DNA of 64,000 nucleotides from Bacillota bacterium (GTDB lineage: Bacteria > Patescibacteriota > Minisyncoccia > Phycocordibacterales > Phycocordibacteraceae). Where the stretch lies: assembly GCA_050260455.1 (NCBI GenBank), contig JBLNCF010000004.1, positions 15,917 through 79,916 of the forward strand, in the 5' to 3' direction. Each line of letters opens with the position of its first letter. Position 1 is the first letter of the stretch. Below, one piece after another: positions 1 through 9,774 of this stretch. A program made the position numbers and the translations under genes. The notes under the pieces are model-generated. The model had not been told where the DNA came from. It saw nothing but the letters and a program-made list of their open reading frames with translations, and did not search any database.

Positions 1-288
1 CTTCACGGTGCGAATTGGCTTATTGCCTATGGGATCAAGGTGAATCCGAATCCCGGACGAAAACGACGGTACTGGACCGATACATTTGTCACGTTTGCTG
101 TTCCGTCGGTGCTGTTCGCCCTTTTCAGTATGGCTGGCTTTTCCATCTTTCAATTCATCTTTTCACCTATGTACTGGGACGGATGGGCTATCGCACACTT
201 CGTCCTCTCGTCCCGCTTTGCAAGTGGGCCCCAAGCCCCATTGGGGTAGGGGAACCTACCAAAACGTGCGTGCTACACTCGGAATTAT

Positions 289-1302
289 ATGAAGACCACA
301 CGCGTAGCTATTAATGGATTCGGTCGTATTGGCCGAGCATTTGTACGTCAGTCGTACGATCGTCCCGAAATCGAGATCGTTGCCGTGAATGATCTCGGTT
401 CACTCGAAAATCTGGCCTATTTGCTCAAATACGACACAGTGTACGGTCGTGCGCCGTTCCCGGTCGACATTGATGGCGGCGATCTTCTCATCAACGGCAA
501 GGCGGTCCGATTCCTTTCCGAGAAGGATCCCGCTCTGCTTCCGTGGAAGGAACTCGCGGTGGATGTCGTCGTTGAATCAACTGGCTTCTTTACTGATTAC
601 GAGAAAGCAAACGCGCATGTGACTGCCGGTGCGCGCCGTGTCGTCATTTCCGCTCCCGTTAAGAATGACAATCCGCTCGGCGCCACGATTCTCATGGGTC
701 TCGACGAGTCAAAAATGGGTACGTGTGCGGTGACGAGCAACGCCTCCTGCACTACCAATTCCGCAAGCCCGGTCATTTCCATTCTCGATAGCGCCATTGG
801 TATTGAGAAGGCCATTCTTTCAACGACGCACGCATACACGGCAAGCCAATCCATCGTCGACGGCCCCTCGAAGAAAGACATGAAGGAGGGCAGAGCAGCT
901 GCACAAAACATAGTTCCCACCTCAACGGGTGCGGCAATTGCTGTGACGAAAGCGTATCCCTCACTTGCTGGCAAATTCGATGGCATCTCATTGCGTGTTC
1001 CAGTACCGGCAGGCTCTATCGCTGACATCACCTTTATCGCAAAGCGACCGACGACGGTCGAAGAAGTGAATGGTGTACTTGAAGAGGCGGCGGGAAGCGA
1101 TCAGTGGAAAGGCATCTTCTCGACTACGCGTGAAGAGTTGGTCTCGAGCGATATTGTTGGAGAGCGTTTTGCTTCTATTGCAGACCTTGGTATGACTCGT
1201 GTCGTCGATGGCAATCTCGTAAAAGTACTTGCTTGGTACGACAACGAAGCCGGATACACCCACACGCTCGTTGAGCACGTTATCAAAGCAGGGAAGGCGT
1301 AG
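289..1302 (+). CDS. gap: glyceraldehyde-3-phosphate dehydrogenase
   Basis: Full-length 337 aa. N-terminal NAD-binding INGFGRIGR, catalytic-region SNASCTTN, C-terminal WYDNEAGY. These are textbook GAPDH motifs. Confidence 0.95.
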   Translation: MKTTRVAINGFGRIGRAFVRQSYDRPEIEIVAVNDLGSLENLAYLLKYDTVYGRAPFPVDIDGGDLLINGKAVRFLSEKDPALLPWKELAVDVVVESTGFFTDYEKANAHVTAGARRVVISAPVKNDNPLGATILMGLDESKMGTCAVTSNASCTTNSASPVISILDSAIGIEKAILSTTHAYTASQSIVDGPSKKDMKEGRAAAQNIVPTSTGAAIAVTKAYPSLAGKFDGISLRVPVPAGSIADITFIAKRPTTVEEVNGVLEEAAGSDQWKGIFSTTREELVSSDIVGERFASIADLGMTRVVDGNLVKVLAWYDNEAGYTHTLVEHVIKAGKA

Positions 1303-1341
1303 TTCATCTTCTCTACAGACCAGCTCGCTGATACTGCCTTT

Positions 1342-1824
1342 ATGAAGATCTATCTCGCAGGCGATCATGCAGGTTTTCGATTGAAGGCTGCAATGAACGA
1401 GCATCTGCCCATGCTCGGACATGATGTCGAGGACCTGGGGCCGCACACGCTCGATCCTGAAGACGACTATCCCGATTATGTGAAGCCGCTCGCGGAGCGG
1501 ATCGTCGCCGAACCCGGTGCCTTCGGCATTATCCTTGCCGGCAGCGGGGAGGGAGAGGCGATGTGCGCCAACCGTGTGCCAGGTATCCGTGCTGCCGTTT
1601 TCTACGGCAAGATGGCGGCCGTTGATGCACTCGATGCGGAAGGGGGTCATTCGCAGGACGGATTCGACACGGTGCGTCTCTCGCGTAAGCACAATAATGC
1701 GAACATTCTCTCCATTGGGGCGCGATTCGTATCGCCGGAAGACGCAGATGAGGCCGTACGTATCTTTCTCTCAACTCCGTTTGACGAATCATCGCGTCAC
1801 GCACGACGGTTGGGGAAGTTCTGA
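1342..1824 (+). CDS. rpiB: ribose-5-phosphate isomerase B (RpiB/LacAB family)
   Basis: 160 aa. N-terminal MKIYLAGDHAGF and GSGEGEAMCANR are characteristic of RpiB. Lies 40 nt downstream of gap. Confidence 0.88.
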   Translation: MKIYLAGDHAGFRLKAAMNEHLPMLGHDVEDLGPHTLDPEDDYPDYVKPLAERIVAEPGAFGIILAGSGEGEAMCANRVPGIRAAVFYGKMAAVDALDAEGGHSQDGFDTVRLSRKHNNANILSIGARFVSPEDADEAVRIFLSTPFDESSRHARRLGKF

Positions 1825-1854
1825 TATCCCCTCGCGTACGTAAAGGTCACCCCC

Positions 1855-1875
1855 ATATACCTATAATAGGTATAT
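1855..1875 (+). promoter_or_regulatory. perfect 10-1-10 palindrome containing TATAAT, overlapping the rpe start codon
   Basis: atatacctat-a-ataggtatat. TATAAT ends 6 nt before the ATG, which implies a leaderless transcript and/or an operator. Confidence 0.4.
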
Positions 1876-2587
1876 GGCCACTATCATCCCGGCGATACTC
1901 CCGACATCGAGACTTGATCTTGATGAGAAGCTCGCGCGGCTGGTAGGAATCGCTTCAGAAGTACAGATAGATATCGTGGACGGTACATTCGCGTCTCCTG
2001 CCTCGTGGCCGTATTCACAGGGCGGGGGAGAGTTTGCTGCAAGCGGTGCGACACTCTCATTCCTTGAGCAATTCCATATTGAGATGGATCTCATGGTGGA
2101 GAACCCTGAAGAGGTGACCGGTAGCTGGATTGCAGCAGGTGCAAACCGGATCCTTGCCCATGTTGAAAGTACGACCTACTTACCCCAACTCATCACGGAT
2201 CTGCGTGTGAAGTACGGGCACGAGAAAGGGTTTGCATCCGGTCTTCTTTCTTTCGGACTCGCGCTCAATGTAGATACAGACATTGTCACACTCGAGCCTT
2301 ACTTAGGTGACGTGGACTATGTTCAATTCATGGGCATTGCATCCATTGGTAAACAGGCCCAGCCGTTCGATGCTCGGGTGCTGGAGAAGATACGTGCGTT
2401 TCGTAAAATTCATCCCGACACACCTATTCAGGTGGATGGCGGGGTGAATCTCGAATCAGCACCACTTCTCCTTGCTGCCGGAGTATCGCGACTCATCGTG
2501 GGTTCTGCTCTCTGGAAATCTACCGATATTAAAGACACGTACCACCGTTTATGCGCGCTCACCGAAGAGCACGGCCTCTACGAATAA
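1874..2587 (+). CDS. rpe: ribulose-phosphate 3-epimerase family (TIM barrel)
   Basis: 237 aa. N-terminal IIPAILPTS...IDIVDGTFA and C-terminal VDGGVN...GSALW match the Rpe/RPE-like barrel layout. The canonical His of HxD is replaced, so exact specificity is uncertain. Confidence 0.7.
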   Translation: MATIIPAILPTSRLDLDEKLARLVGIASEVQIDIVDGTFASPASWPYSQGGGEFAASGATLSFLEQFHIEMDLMVENPEEVTGSWIAAGANRILAHVESTTYLPQLITDLRVKYGHEKGFASGLLSFGLALNVDTDIVTLEPYLGDVDYVQFMGIASIGKQAQPFDARVLEKIRAFRKIHPDTPIQVDGGVNLESAPLLLAAGVSRLIVGSALWKSTDIKDTYHRLCALTEEHGLYE

Positions 2588-2608
2588 TGTGCATGCTATC
2601 CTTTTTTC

Positions 2609-3466
2609 ATGACGCTTACTGATAGCGAAGTACACGCGATAGAGAAGAAGGCGGAAGCGATACGAGAAACTATCATTGAGATGCTTGTCGCGGCAGGAAG
2701 TGGACACACGGCAGGTCCGCTCGGCATGGCCGATATCTTTGCGGCGATGTATTCCCACGTGCTTACCCATGACCCCAAGAATCCGGACTGGGAAGAACGC
2801 GACCGGTTTATCTTGTCTAATGGTCACATCGCTCCGGTGCGATACGCCGCAATGGCGCATGCCGGATATTTCCCAGTAAAGGAGACCCTCACACTTCGTA
2901 AGTTCGGTACGCGGCTCCAAGGTCATCCGGAGCGCACGCGGCTGCCCGGACTCGAAACCACATCAGGTCCTCTTGGAGAAGGGCTCCCGCAGGCAGGCGG
3001 CATAGCCTATGCATTTCGCATGGATGGTAAGAAACAACGTGTCTATGTCGTGATGGGTGATGGTGAGCAGGATGAAGGCATCATTTGGGAAGCGGTCATG
3101 TGGATCGGCAAGAATAAGCTTTCAAATCTCACCGCGATCATCGATCGCAATAACATCCAAATCGATGGTATGACCGAGGAGGTGATGCCGCTCGAGTCAC
3201 TTAGGGCAAAGTACGAATCCTTCGGCTGGCATGTGCTTGAAATCGACGGGAACAACATGCGGCAGTTCATCGAAGCAGTGGATGAAGCAAAGGCTATCTA
3301 CGAAAAGCCGACCGTTATTATCGCTCATACGATTCCCGGCAAGGGTGTGCCTGATATTGAGTTTGATTATCACTGGCACGGCAAACCACCCACGAAGGAA
3401 GAGGGAAAGAAGTTCATTAAGGAAATCCGTACCATGGGCGGTCGCGTCCCCCACGAATATTCATGA
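2609..3466 (+). CDS. transketolase, N-terminal (TPP-binding) subunit of split enzyme
   Basis: 285 aa. GSGHTAGPLG, GDGEQDEG and HTIPGKG motifs of the transketolase PP domain. Stop overlaps the next gene start (ATGA). Confidence 0.9.
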   Translation: MTLTDSEVHAIEKKAEAIRETIIEMLVAAGSGHTAGPLGMADIFAAMYSHVLTHDPKNPDWEERDRFILSNGHIAPVRYAAMAHAGYFPVKETLTLRKFGTRLQGHPERTRLPGLETTSGPLGEGLPQAGGIAYAFRMDGKKQRVYVVMGDGEQDEGIIWEAVMWIGKNKLSNLTAIIDRNNIQIDGMTEEVMPLESLRAKYESFGWHVLEIDGNNMRQFIEAVDEAKAIYEKPTVIIAHTIPGKGVPDIEFDYHWHGKPPTKEEGKKFIKEIRTMGGRVPHEYS

Positions 3467-4443
3467 TCAATCCTGCCGCAAAACTGAAGGAGAATTTGTT
3501 TGATAAGAACGTCGAGAAGAAGCCGACGCGTGACGGTTTCGGTCTCGGCACCGTGGAAGCAGGGAAGGCGAACGACAACGTGGTGGTGCTCTGTGCCGAT
3601 CTGGCTGAATCCACACGGGCTGAATGGTTCCAAAAAGAATTCCCAGACCGTTTTATCGAAATGGGTGTAGCCGAGCAAAACATGGCCGCAACCGCGGCGG
3701 GATTTGCAGCTGCAGGCAAGGTTCCGTTCATTGCATCGTACGCCGCATTCTCACCTGGCCGTAACTATGAGCAGATCCGCACAACCATCGCACTTAACGA
3801 GATGCCGGTAAAGATTGGCGGCATGCATGCGGGTGTGTCGGTGGGGCCTGACGGCGCAACGCACCAGATGCTTGAGGACATCGGTCTCATGCGTATGCTC
3901 CCCAACATGGTGGTGGTGAATCCGTGCGACAGCGAGGAAGCGCGCAAGGTGGTGGTCGCTGCGGCACAAACGAAGGATCCGACGTATATCCGTTTCGGAC
4001 GTGCAGGTACACCGGTATTCACGACCGCTGATACGCCATTTGAACTGGGGAAGGCACAGACGCTTTGGGAAAGTGAGAAGCCGACGGTGGCCATTATTGC
4101 GACCGGTTCGCTTGTGTATAACGCGCTCGTTGCTGCGCGTGCGCTTGAATCCGATGGTATTGGCGCCATCGTCATCAATCTGCATACGATAAAACCACTC
4201 GATGAGCAGGCTATTCTCGCCGCCGCAAAACGCACCGGCCGGGTCATTACGGTTGAGGAGCATCAGGCGGCAGGGGGTATGGGAAGTGCCGTGACCGAAT
4301 TCCTTTCGGAGCAGTATCCCGTTCCCGTGAAGCGCATGGGCGTACAGGATGTGTTCGGTCAGTCCGGCGAGCCGGATGAGCTCATCGAGCACTATGGTCT
4401 CTCGGCACCGCACATCGTCGAGACTGCTCGTTCGTTTGTATGA
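3463..4443 (+). CDS. transketolase, C-terminal (Pyr/TKC) subunit of split enzyme
   Basis: 326 aa. EMGVAEQNM..AAG motif, pyrimidine-binding and C-terminal transketolase domain. Translationally coupled to the N-terminal subunit. Confidence 0.9.
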   Translation: MINPAAKLKENLFDKNVEKKPTRDGFGLGTVEAGKANDNVVVLCADLAESTRAEWFQKEFPDRFIEMGVAEQNMAATAAGFAAAGKVPFIASYAAFSPGRNYEQIRTTIALNEMPVKIGGMHAGVSVGPDGATHQMLEDIGLMRMLPNMVVVNPCDSEEARKVVVAAAQTKDPTYIRFGRAGTPVFTTADTPFELGKAQTLWESEKPTVAIIATGSLVYNALVAARALESDGIGAIVINLHTIKPLDEQAILAAAKRTGRVITVEEHQAAGGMGSAVTEFLSEQYPVPVKRMGVQDVFGQSGEPDELIEHYGLSAPHIVETARSFV

Positions 4444-4582
4444 GAAGGAATCTGCGCGTCCGCAATCTGGCTGTTAACACCTATTTCGGAGCACTGGTCA
4501 TAACGATAGTAGGCAGTATCGCTGCCATCTACATCGTGCATATTGGTCTCGATGCGGCGTTTCCTTCGTTTAACACGCACGC

Positions 4583-5578
4583 CTACGAGATCGAATCCAA
4601 CTTATAGCTTTCGGGAGCGTTTGCGAGGTGGCGTTCTAGCTCCTCGCGGGTCAGGAGACCTTTCTGTGCCCCAATTTCCTGTACGACTGCCATCGAATTA
4701 ATGGGAGCCCACAAGAGAGCTTCTTCAAGAGGCTTACCAAGCGCAAGAGCTGCGGTAAGGGTGGATGCGAATGCGTCACCTGCACCTGTGCGTTCGTATG
4801 CTTCGCGATCGTCTGGATACATGGGCACGTGCCACGCATGCGTCCCGTCGGAAGCGTATGCTCCGTTAGTGTTGTCAGTGATCACCACGAGCTTGGGTCC
4901 GAGCGCATGGATCCAGTCCATGAGTTCCTTGATATCGGTACCTTCCGGCTTCTCGAGAATGCGTTCAGCCTCCTGACGATTGACCACAAATAGTTCGCTG
5001 CGCTGATACAACCCCTTGAGGGCGTCGATGCCGAGCTTCATCTGGAATGTACCGGGTTGGAATGCGAGCTTGGTCTCCGGGTGCGCCTCAAGCCACGAAA
5101 CCCAGGCTTGGTGGTACGGAAGGGAGTTGGCTGCTAGTGAAGAAAGATAGATCCATTTAGGGGGTTCGGGAATCTCTGGCACCGCGTAGGTATATTCCTC
5201 GTGCTTCACGAGAATAGTGCGGTCATTATTAAACCAGAGTACGTAGTGGTAGTTAGATGATTTGCCGCGCTCCGTCACTACGAACTCGGTTGAGACACCT
5301 TCCTTTGTCAGCACTTCAAGATCGCCCCGACCGATATCGTCATCTCCGATATACGCGCAAAGTGCTGAAGAGAGGCCGAGTCGTGCGGCCGCGACAGCAG
5401 CGTTGCTTGCGTTACCGACGGCGCGGCAGAGTGTTGCCGATTCGTAGGGAATTTTATCGCCGTATCGTATGGCGAGCTTCGGGTTCTCGCTTACTGGATC
5501 GATAATCTCGGCCTCTTTCAATTTTATGAACGGTTCGGTGACAATGTCGCCGACGGCGAAGAAATCTATCTGTGACAT
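4583..5578 (-). CDS. PfkB/ribokinase-family carbohydrate kinase
   Basis: 331 aa. C-terminal GAGDAFAS anion-hole motif and N-terminal GG-type lid of the ribokinase superfamily. Convergent with the tkt genes. Confidence 0.8.
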   Translation of the reverse strand: MSQIDFFAVGDIVTEPFIKLKEAEIIDPVSENPKLAIRYGDKIPYESATLCRAVGNASNAAVAAARLGLSSALCAYIGDDDIGRGDLEVLTKEGVSTEFVVTERGKSSNYHYVLWFNNDRTILVKHEEYTYAVPEIPEPPKWIYLSSLAANSLPYHQAWVSWLEAHPETKLAFQPGTFQMKLGIDALKGLYQRSELFVVNRQEAERILEKPEGTDIKELMDWIHALGPKLVVITDNTNGAYASDGTHAWHVPMYPDDREAYERTGAGDAFASTLTAALALGKPLEEALLWAPINSMAVVQEIGAQKGLLTREELERHLANAPESYKLDSIS

Positions 5579-5617
5579 ATGGGAAGTCTAGCACGCAGTG
5601 CATGCTAGGATTGCTGC

Positions 5618-6613
5618 ATGACTGATCTCACATCCATTGCAAAAACACTCGTCGCACCAGGCAAGGGCATTCTTGCTGCTGACGAAAGTGTGCACACCGC
5701 TGATAAACGCCTCGTCGATCACGGTATCGAAGCAAGCGAAGAAATGCGTCGTCAATTCCATGATGTGTTTCTCACTGCGCCGGGCATTGAGGAATACCTT
5801 TCAGGTGTCATTCTCTTTTCCGAATCACTTACGCAGAAGGGAAGCGATGGAGCGCTATTTCCCGCGTCGCTCGCCGAGCGCGGCATCCTCCCAGGCATCA
5901 AAGTGGATGAAGGGACGGAACCGATGCCCGAGAGCTCGGACGAACTCATCACCAAGGGAGTGCTTGGTCTGTGCGACCGGTTGTCTGCCTTCAAGCAGGA
6001 ATCAGGTACCGAGTTCACAAAATGGCGCGCAGTAGTACGTATTGAAGGTGACCGACTCCCATCAGCGCAGGCGCTTGTCGAGAATGCTCGCCGCATCGCT
6101 ATCTATGCGCGCGATGTCCAGGAAGTCGGCATGGTGCCCATTGTCGAACCCGAAGTGCTCTACCAGGGTACCCACAGTCGTGTGCGTGCACGTCAGGTGC
6201 TTGAGGCAACCATGAAGACCGTGTTCGATGCACTCACTGATCAGGCAGTTGATCTATCCGGTGTCATCCTCAAGACCGCGATGACACTCTCGGGTTCCGA
6301 AAGCGGACGCATAGATACCCCAGAGGAAGTGGCGCTTGATACCGTGGAGGCCCTCATGAATACGGTACCGTCCGGGCTTCCAGGCATCGTGTTCCTCTCG
6401 GGAGGCCAGACACCTGATCAGGCGACCGCGAACCTTGCTGCCATCACCAAGGTAGCGCGCGAGAAGAATGCTCCGTGGCCCCTCACCTTCTCGTTCGCTC
6501 GCGCGCTTCAGGAGGAGGCCATACAGGTATGGGCAGGGAAGGAAGAGAATGTGCCTGCTGCCCGCGAAGCCTTCCTGGGGCGTCTCGCGAAGGTCAAGGC
6601 GGCCCTTGATTAG
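5618..6613 (+). CDS. fructose-bisphosphate aldolase, class I
   Basis: 331 aa. N-terminal GKGILAADES and the Schiff-base lysine region are typical of class I FBA. Confidence 0.88.
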   Translation: MTDLTSIAKTLVAPGKGILAADESVHTADKRLVDHGIEASEEMRRQFHDVFLTAPGIEEYLSGVILFSESLTQKGSDGALFPASLAERGILPGIKVDEGTEPMPESSDELITKGVLGLCDRLSAFKQESGTEFTKWRAVVRIEGDRLPSAQALVENARRIAIYARDVQEVGMVPIVEPEVLYQGTHSRVRARQVLEATMKTVFDALTDQAVDLSGVILKTAMTLSGSESGRIDTPEEVALDTVEALMNTVPSGLPGIVFLSGGQTPDQATANLAAITKVAREKNAPWPLTFSFARALQEEAIQVWAGKEENVPAAREAFLGRLAKVKAALD

Positions 6614-6671
6614 CCAAATCTTGCGTAAACGGCCTATTTCCGGCATACTCGCCAGGTACTGATACCTATAT

Positions 6672-7307
6672 ATGAATCTCAACGCCACTATCCGTGAGGT
6701 GACCGGCAAGATGGCCGGCAAACTTCTTTCCCGCGAGGACCGCATCCCTGCGGTCGTCTACGGTCCTAAGCAGGAGACCCTCTCTATTTCGCTGTCCCTT
6801 CCTGAATTTAAGAAGGTGCTTCGTGATGCAGGTGAATCTTCCGTCATTGATCTCAAAGGTCTTGATAAGCCGCTTCAGGTCCTCATCCATGATGTCGACT
6901 ACAACCCGGTGACGAGTATCCCGCGTCACGTCGACCTCTATGCCATCGAAAAGGGCGCCAAGGTTGAGGTTGCCGTACCGCTCTCCTTCGTAGGTGAGGC
7001 TCCGGCCGTAAAGGCAGGTGCCAATGTGGTTAAGGTCATGCACGAGCTCGAGATCGAGGCTGACGCAGCAAGCCTTCCCCATGAACTCGAAGTGGATCTT
7101 TCCGTTCTCGAGAAGGAGGGAGATCAGATTCATGTCAGCGACATCAAAATACCTGCCGGCGTAACCGTGAAGGTCGATGCCGAGGAGGTTGTCGCACTCG
7201 CCCAGGCGGTTGTTGAGGAAGTCGAGGAAGAGGGCGCAGCCCCGGACATGGCTTCCATTGAAGTGGAGCAGAAGGGCAAGACCGAAGAAGAAGAGGGCGC
7301 AGAATAA
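6672..7307 (+). CDS. rplY: 50S ribosomal protein L25 / general stress protein Ctc
   Basis: 211 aa. N-terminal L25 domain (R..GK....R..G.IPAVVYG) plus Ctc-type C-terminal domain and acidic tail. Confidence 0.85.
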   Translation: MNLNATIREVTGKMAGKLLSREDRIPAVVYGPKQETLSISLSLPEFKKVLRDAGESSVIDLKGLDKPLQVLIHDVDYNPVTSIPRHVDLYAIEKGAKVEVAVPLSFVGEAPAVKAGANVVKVMHELEIEADAASLPHELEVDLSVLEKEGDQIHVSDIKIPAGVTVKVDAEEVVALAQAVVEEVEEEGAAPDMASIEVEQKGKTEEEEGAE

Positions 7308-7329
7308 CGAACCATTCTTTCTTCATGAA

Positions 7330-7370
7330 GAAGACCCGGGTCCGCAAGGATCCGGGTCTTCGTTCGTCTG
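7330..7370 (+). terminator. hairpin after rplY (weak intrinsic terminator)
   Basis: gaagacccgggtcc-GCAA-ggatccgggtcttc (14-bp stem, GNRA loop) followed by GUUCGUCUG. Confidence 0.45.
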
Positions 7371-7388
7371 ATATACTGTCACTCACGT

Positions 7389-8765
7389 ATGCGTTCTCGG
7401 TTCTCGATCGCTGTCCTCTTCGTAGGGGTGCTCATCTTCGGTCTCGGCGCTGCCGCGATCATTCCGCACGCCATCTACGCACAGACCACCGCCGATAGGC
7501 GGGCAGAGCTGCAAGCACAGCTTGATGCGCTCGAGAAGGACATTGCTGCCAATCAGGCCATCGTCAATAAACTCGATGCACAGGGTAAGTCGCTCTCGAC
7601 AGAAGTGCAGACGCTAAACGCGCAGATCAAAAAGGCACAGCTCCAGGTGCAGGCGACGCAGGTTGCTATTAAACAGCTGGACAGCAATATCACGGTCCAT
7701 CAGAAGACGATCAATACACTCTCCGATAAATTGAGCAATGAGAAGGAATCGCTCGCGCAAATACTCCGCAAGACGGATGAGATTGATCACTACTCGCTCG
7801 CCGAGCTTGCGTTCTCGCGTGAGGATTTCAGCACACTCCTCGGTGATCTCGATTCGTATGCGCTTCTGAAACAGTCGCTCGGTGATTCCTACACGCAGAT
7901 CACCGGCATCAAGCTGCAGACCGAAGCGGAGAAGAGTCAGCTTGAGACGCAGTTGACCCAGCAGCAGCAGGTCGCACAGCTTCAGCTTGCTGCCAAGCAA
8001 AAGGTACAGACGCAGCAGCAGCAGAAACAGCAGCTCCTCACTGCAACTAAGGGTCAAGAAGCGAAGTATCAGCAGATTGTTGCAGCCAAGCAGAAAACGG
8101 CGGCGCAGATCCGCGCGGAACTCTTCGCTTTGGCGGGCGGGAGCGGTCCGATTCCTCTACCGACTGCAATCGCGTATGCGCAAACCGCATCCAAATTAAC
8201 AGGCGTGCGGCCCGCATTCATCCTCGCCATCCTGAAACAGGAATCGAACTTGGGTGCGAACGTCGGCCAATGCTACGTGACGGACCTGTCGACCGGTAAC
8301 GGCAAAGGGAAGAATACGGGTACTCCATTTGCAGGCGTTATGGCTGTGTTGCCTCGACGTGACGATACGGGTGCCTTCAAACGTATTACAGATGCACTCG
8401 GTCGCGACTGGTCCACCACTCCGGTGTCGTGCCCCATCGCGAGCGTCGGCGGCTACGGCGGCGCCATGGGTCCTACGCAGTTTATTCCTACGACATGGGA
8501 GGGTTCCGTCGCTCCCCAGGTTAAGCGCCTGCTCGGAGTCGCGGCAGCAGATCCCTGGAATAATCTTCATGCGATCGTGGCGACTGGCGTTTATCTGCAG
8601 GCACTTGGAGGAGCAGGAGGTTCCTACGCCGCGGAGCATACGGCAGCAGCCAAGTACTACGCGGGCGGCGGTTGGGCGGGGGGCGCGGGCCAGGCCTACG
8701 CCAACAGCGTGATGGATTACGCGGCTGAATTCCAGAACGACATCAATACGCTCGCCGGCAGTTAG
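7389..8765 (+). CDS. secreted coiled-coil protein with C-terminal lytic transglycosylase (SLT-like) domain
   Basis: 458 aa. N-terminal signal/TM, about 250 aa Q/L/K-rich heptad region, then ILKQESNLG...GAMGPTQFIPTTWE matching the SLT E-S...GxxGxxQ active-site pattern. Confidence 0.6.
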   Translation: MRSRFSIAVLFVGVLIFGLGAAAIIPHAIYAQTTADRRAELQAQLDALEKDIAANQAIVNKLDAQGKSLSTEVQTLNAQIKKAQLQVQATQVAIKQLDSNITVHQKTINTLSDKLSNEKESLAQILRKTDEIDHYSLAELAFSREDFSTLLGDLDSYALLKQSLGDSYTQITGIKLQTEAEKSQLETQLTQQQQVAQLQLAAKQKVQTQQQQKQQLLTATKGQEAKYQQIVAAKQKTAAQIRAELFALAGGSGPIPLPTAIAYAQTASKLTGVRPAFILAILKQESNLGANVGQCYVTDLSTGNGKGKNTGTPFAGVMAVLPRRDDTGAFKRITDALGRDWSTTPVSCPIASVGGYGGAMGPTQFIPTTWEGSVAPQVKRLLGVAAADPWNNLHAIVATGVYLQALGGAGGSYAAEHTAAAKYYAGGGWAGGAGQAYANSVMDYAAEFQNDINTLAGS

Positions 8766-8818
8766 CACTCTCCACAGCAGGAGCTACATCTCTCCAGGGC
8801 GGTAGTATCATTACCCTA

Positions 8819-9772
8819 ATGGAGAATCCGTCGAATCCGGACACCCCGGTCTTTTCTCCTCGCCTTAAGCAGGCCCTCTACGCGGCCGCAGTGCTTGCGG
8901 TCCTTATTCTCATTGCGTTATTTGCTGCATGGGTCGCACGTAAGGGTACGACTCTTCCATCCCTCGCACTTTCTGCGGGACCTGCTGGGCCGAGTCTTCT
9001 CTATGTCGCGGACTTTGATACTCACGCGCTTTCCGAGTCACCAATCACTATCAAGGATGCAGAAGGTGCTACGTTGTATGTGCTTTCCGCAGTTCGCGGG
9101 AATGGCGTAACGTATTACGCAGCGATCGCCGAGACACGCACGTTCGCCTCGAACATTTACGCAGTTGCCGATGACGGCATGGTGACGCAGCTCACCCATA
9201 CTCCTTCCGCTAAATATGAACTCTCATACAGCAATGGTGCTCTTGCGTATCGCGTGAACGATGCCAAGACGGATGCAGACCTCTTTGACCCCACAAAGTG
9301 GGAAATTGCAGAGCTCGATCTTGCGACGAACAAGGAACATCGTCTCGGAGAGGGGGAACGACCGGTCGTAACGCCTGCCGGTACGATTATTGCTGCACGA
9401 GGCGCTTCGGTAGTTTCCATCGATCCCGTGACGGGAGTGGCGACTCCACTCATGACGATCCCGAGCAACGGTTTGTTTACTGCCGATGGGGCATCACGAC
9501 TTGCCGTCCTATACGATCCCACTACGCGCACAGTTGCAGAATTCACCGTCACGGATCATGGCACATTGAGTTTCCTGCGCTCTCTCCCTGACATCGACGC
9601 TCCGATGCATATCGCGGTTGTGTCCGGAAAAGTACTCGCTATCTATCCGCAGCCGAAGCGAACCTATGTGGTGAGTGAGATCGGTCCGATCGCACACACC
9701 TCTGGGCGGATAGTATTTTCTGATGGATGGAACGCTGCAATCGTGCCGCAAGATCTCATGACACTGCCATAA
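8819..9772 (+). CDS. membrane-anchored hypothetical protein (beta-rich, propeller-like ectodomain)
   Basis: 317 aa. Single N-terminal TM (LYAAAVLAVLILIALFAAWV) followed by repetitive beta-strand-like segments. No recognisable catalytic motif. Confidence 0.45.
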   Translation: MENPSNPDTPVFSPRLKQALYAAAVLAVLILIALFAAWVARKGTTLPSLALSAGPAGPSLLYVADFDTHALSESPITIKDAEGATLYVLSAVRGNGVTYYAAIAETRTFASNIYAVADDGMVTQLTHTPSAKYELSYSNGALAYRVNDAKTDADLFDPTKWEIAELDLATNKEHRLGEGERPVVTPAGTIIAARGASVVSIDPVTGVATPLMTIPSNGLFTADGASRLAVLYDPTTRTVAEFTVTDHGTLSFLRSLPDIDAPMHIAVVSGKVLAIYPQPKRTYVVSEIGPIAHTSGRIVFSDGWNAAIVPQDLMTLP

Positions 9773-9774
9773 GT

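Noticed and set aside
988-1692. 234-aa minus-strand ORF across gap and rpiB
   Set aside because: Antisense to two strongly supported genes and crosses their intergenic spacer.
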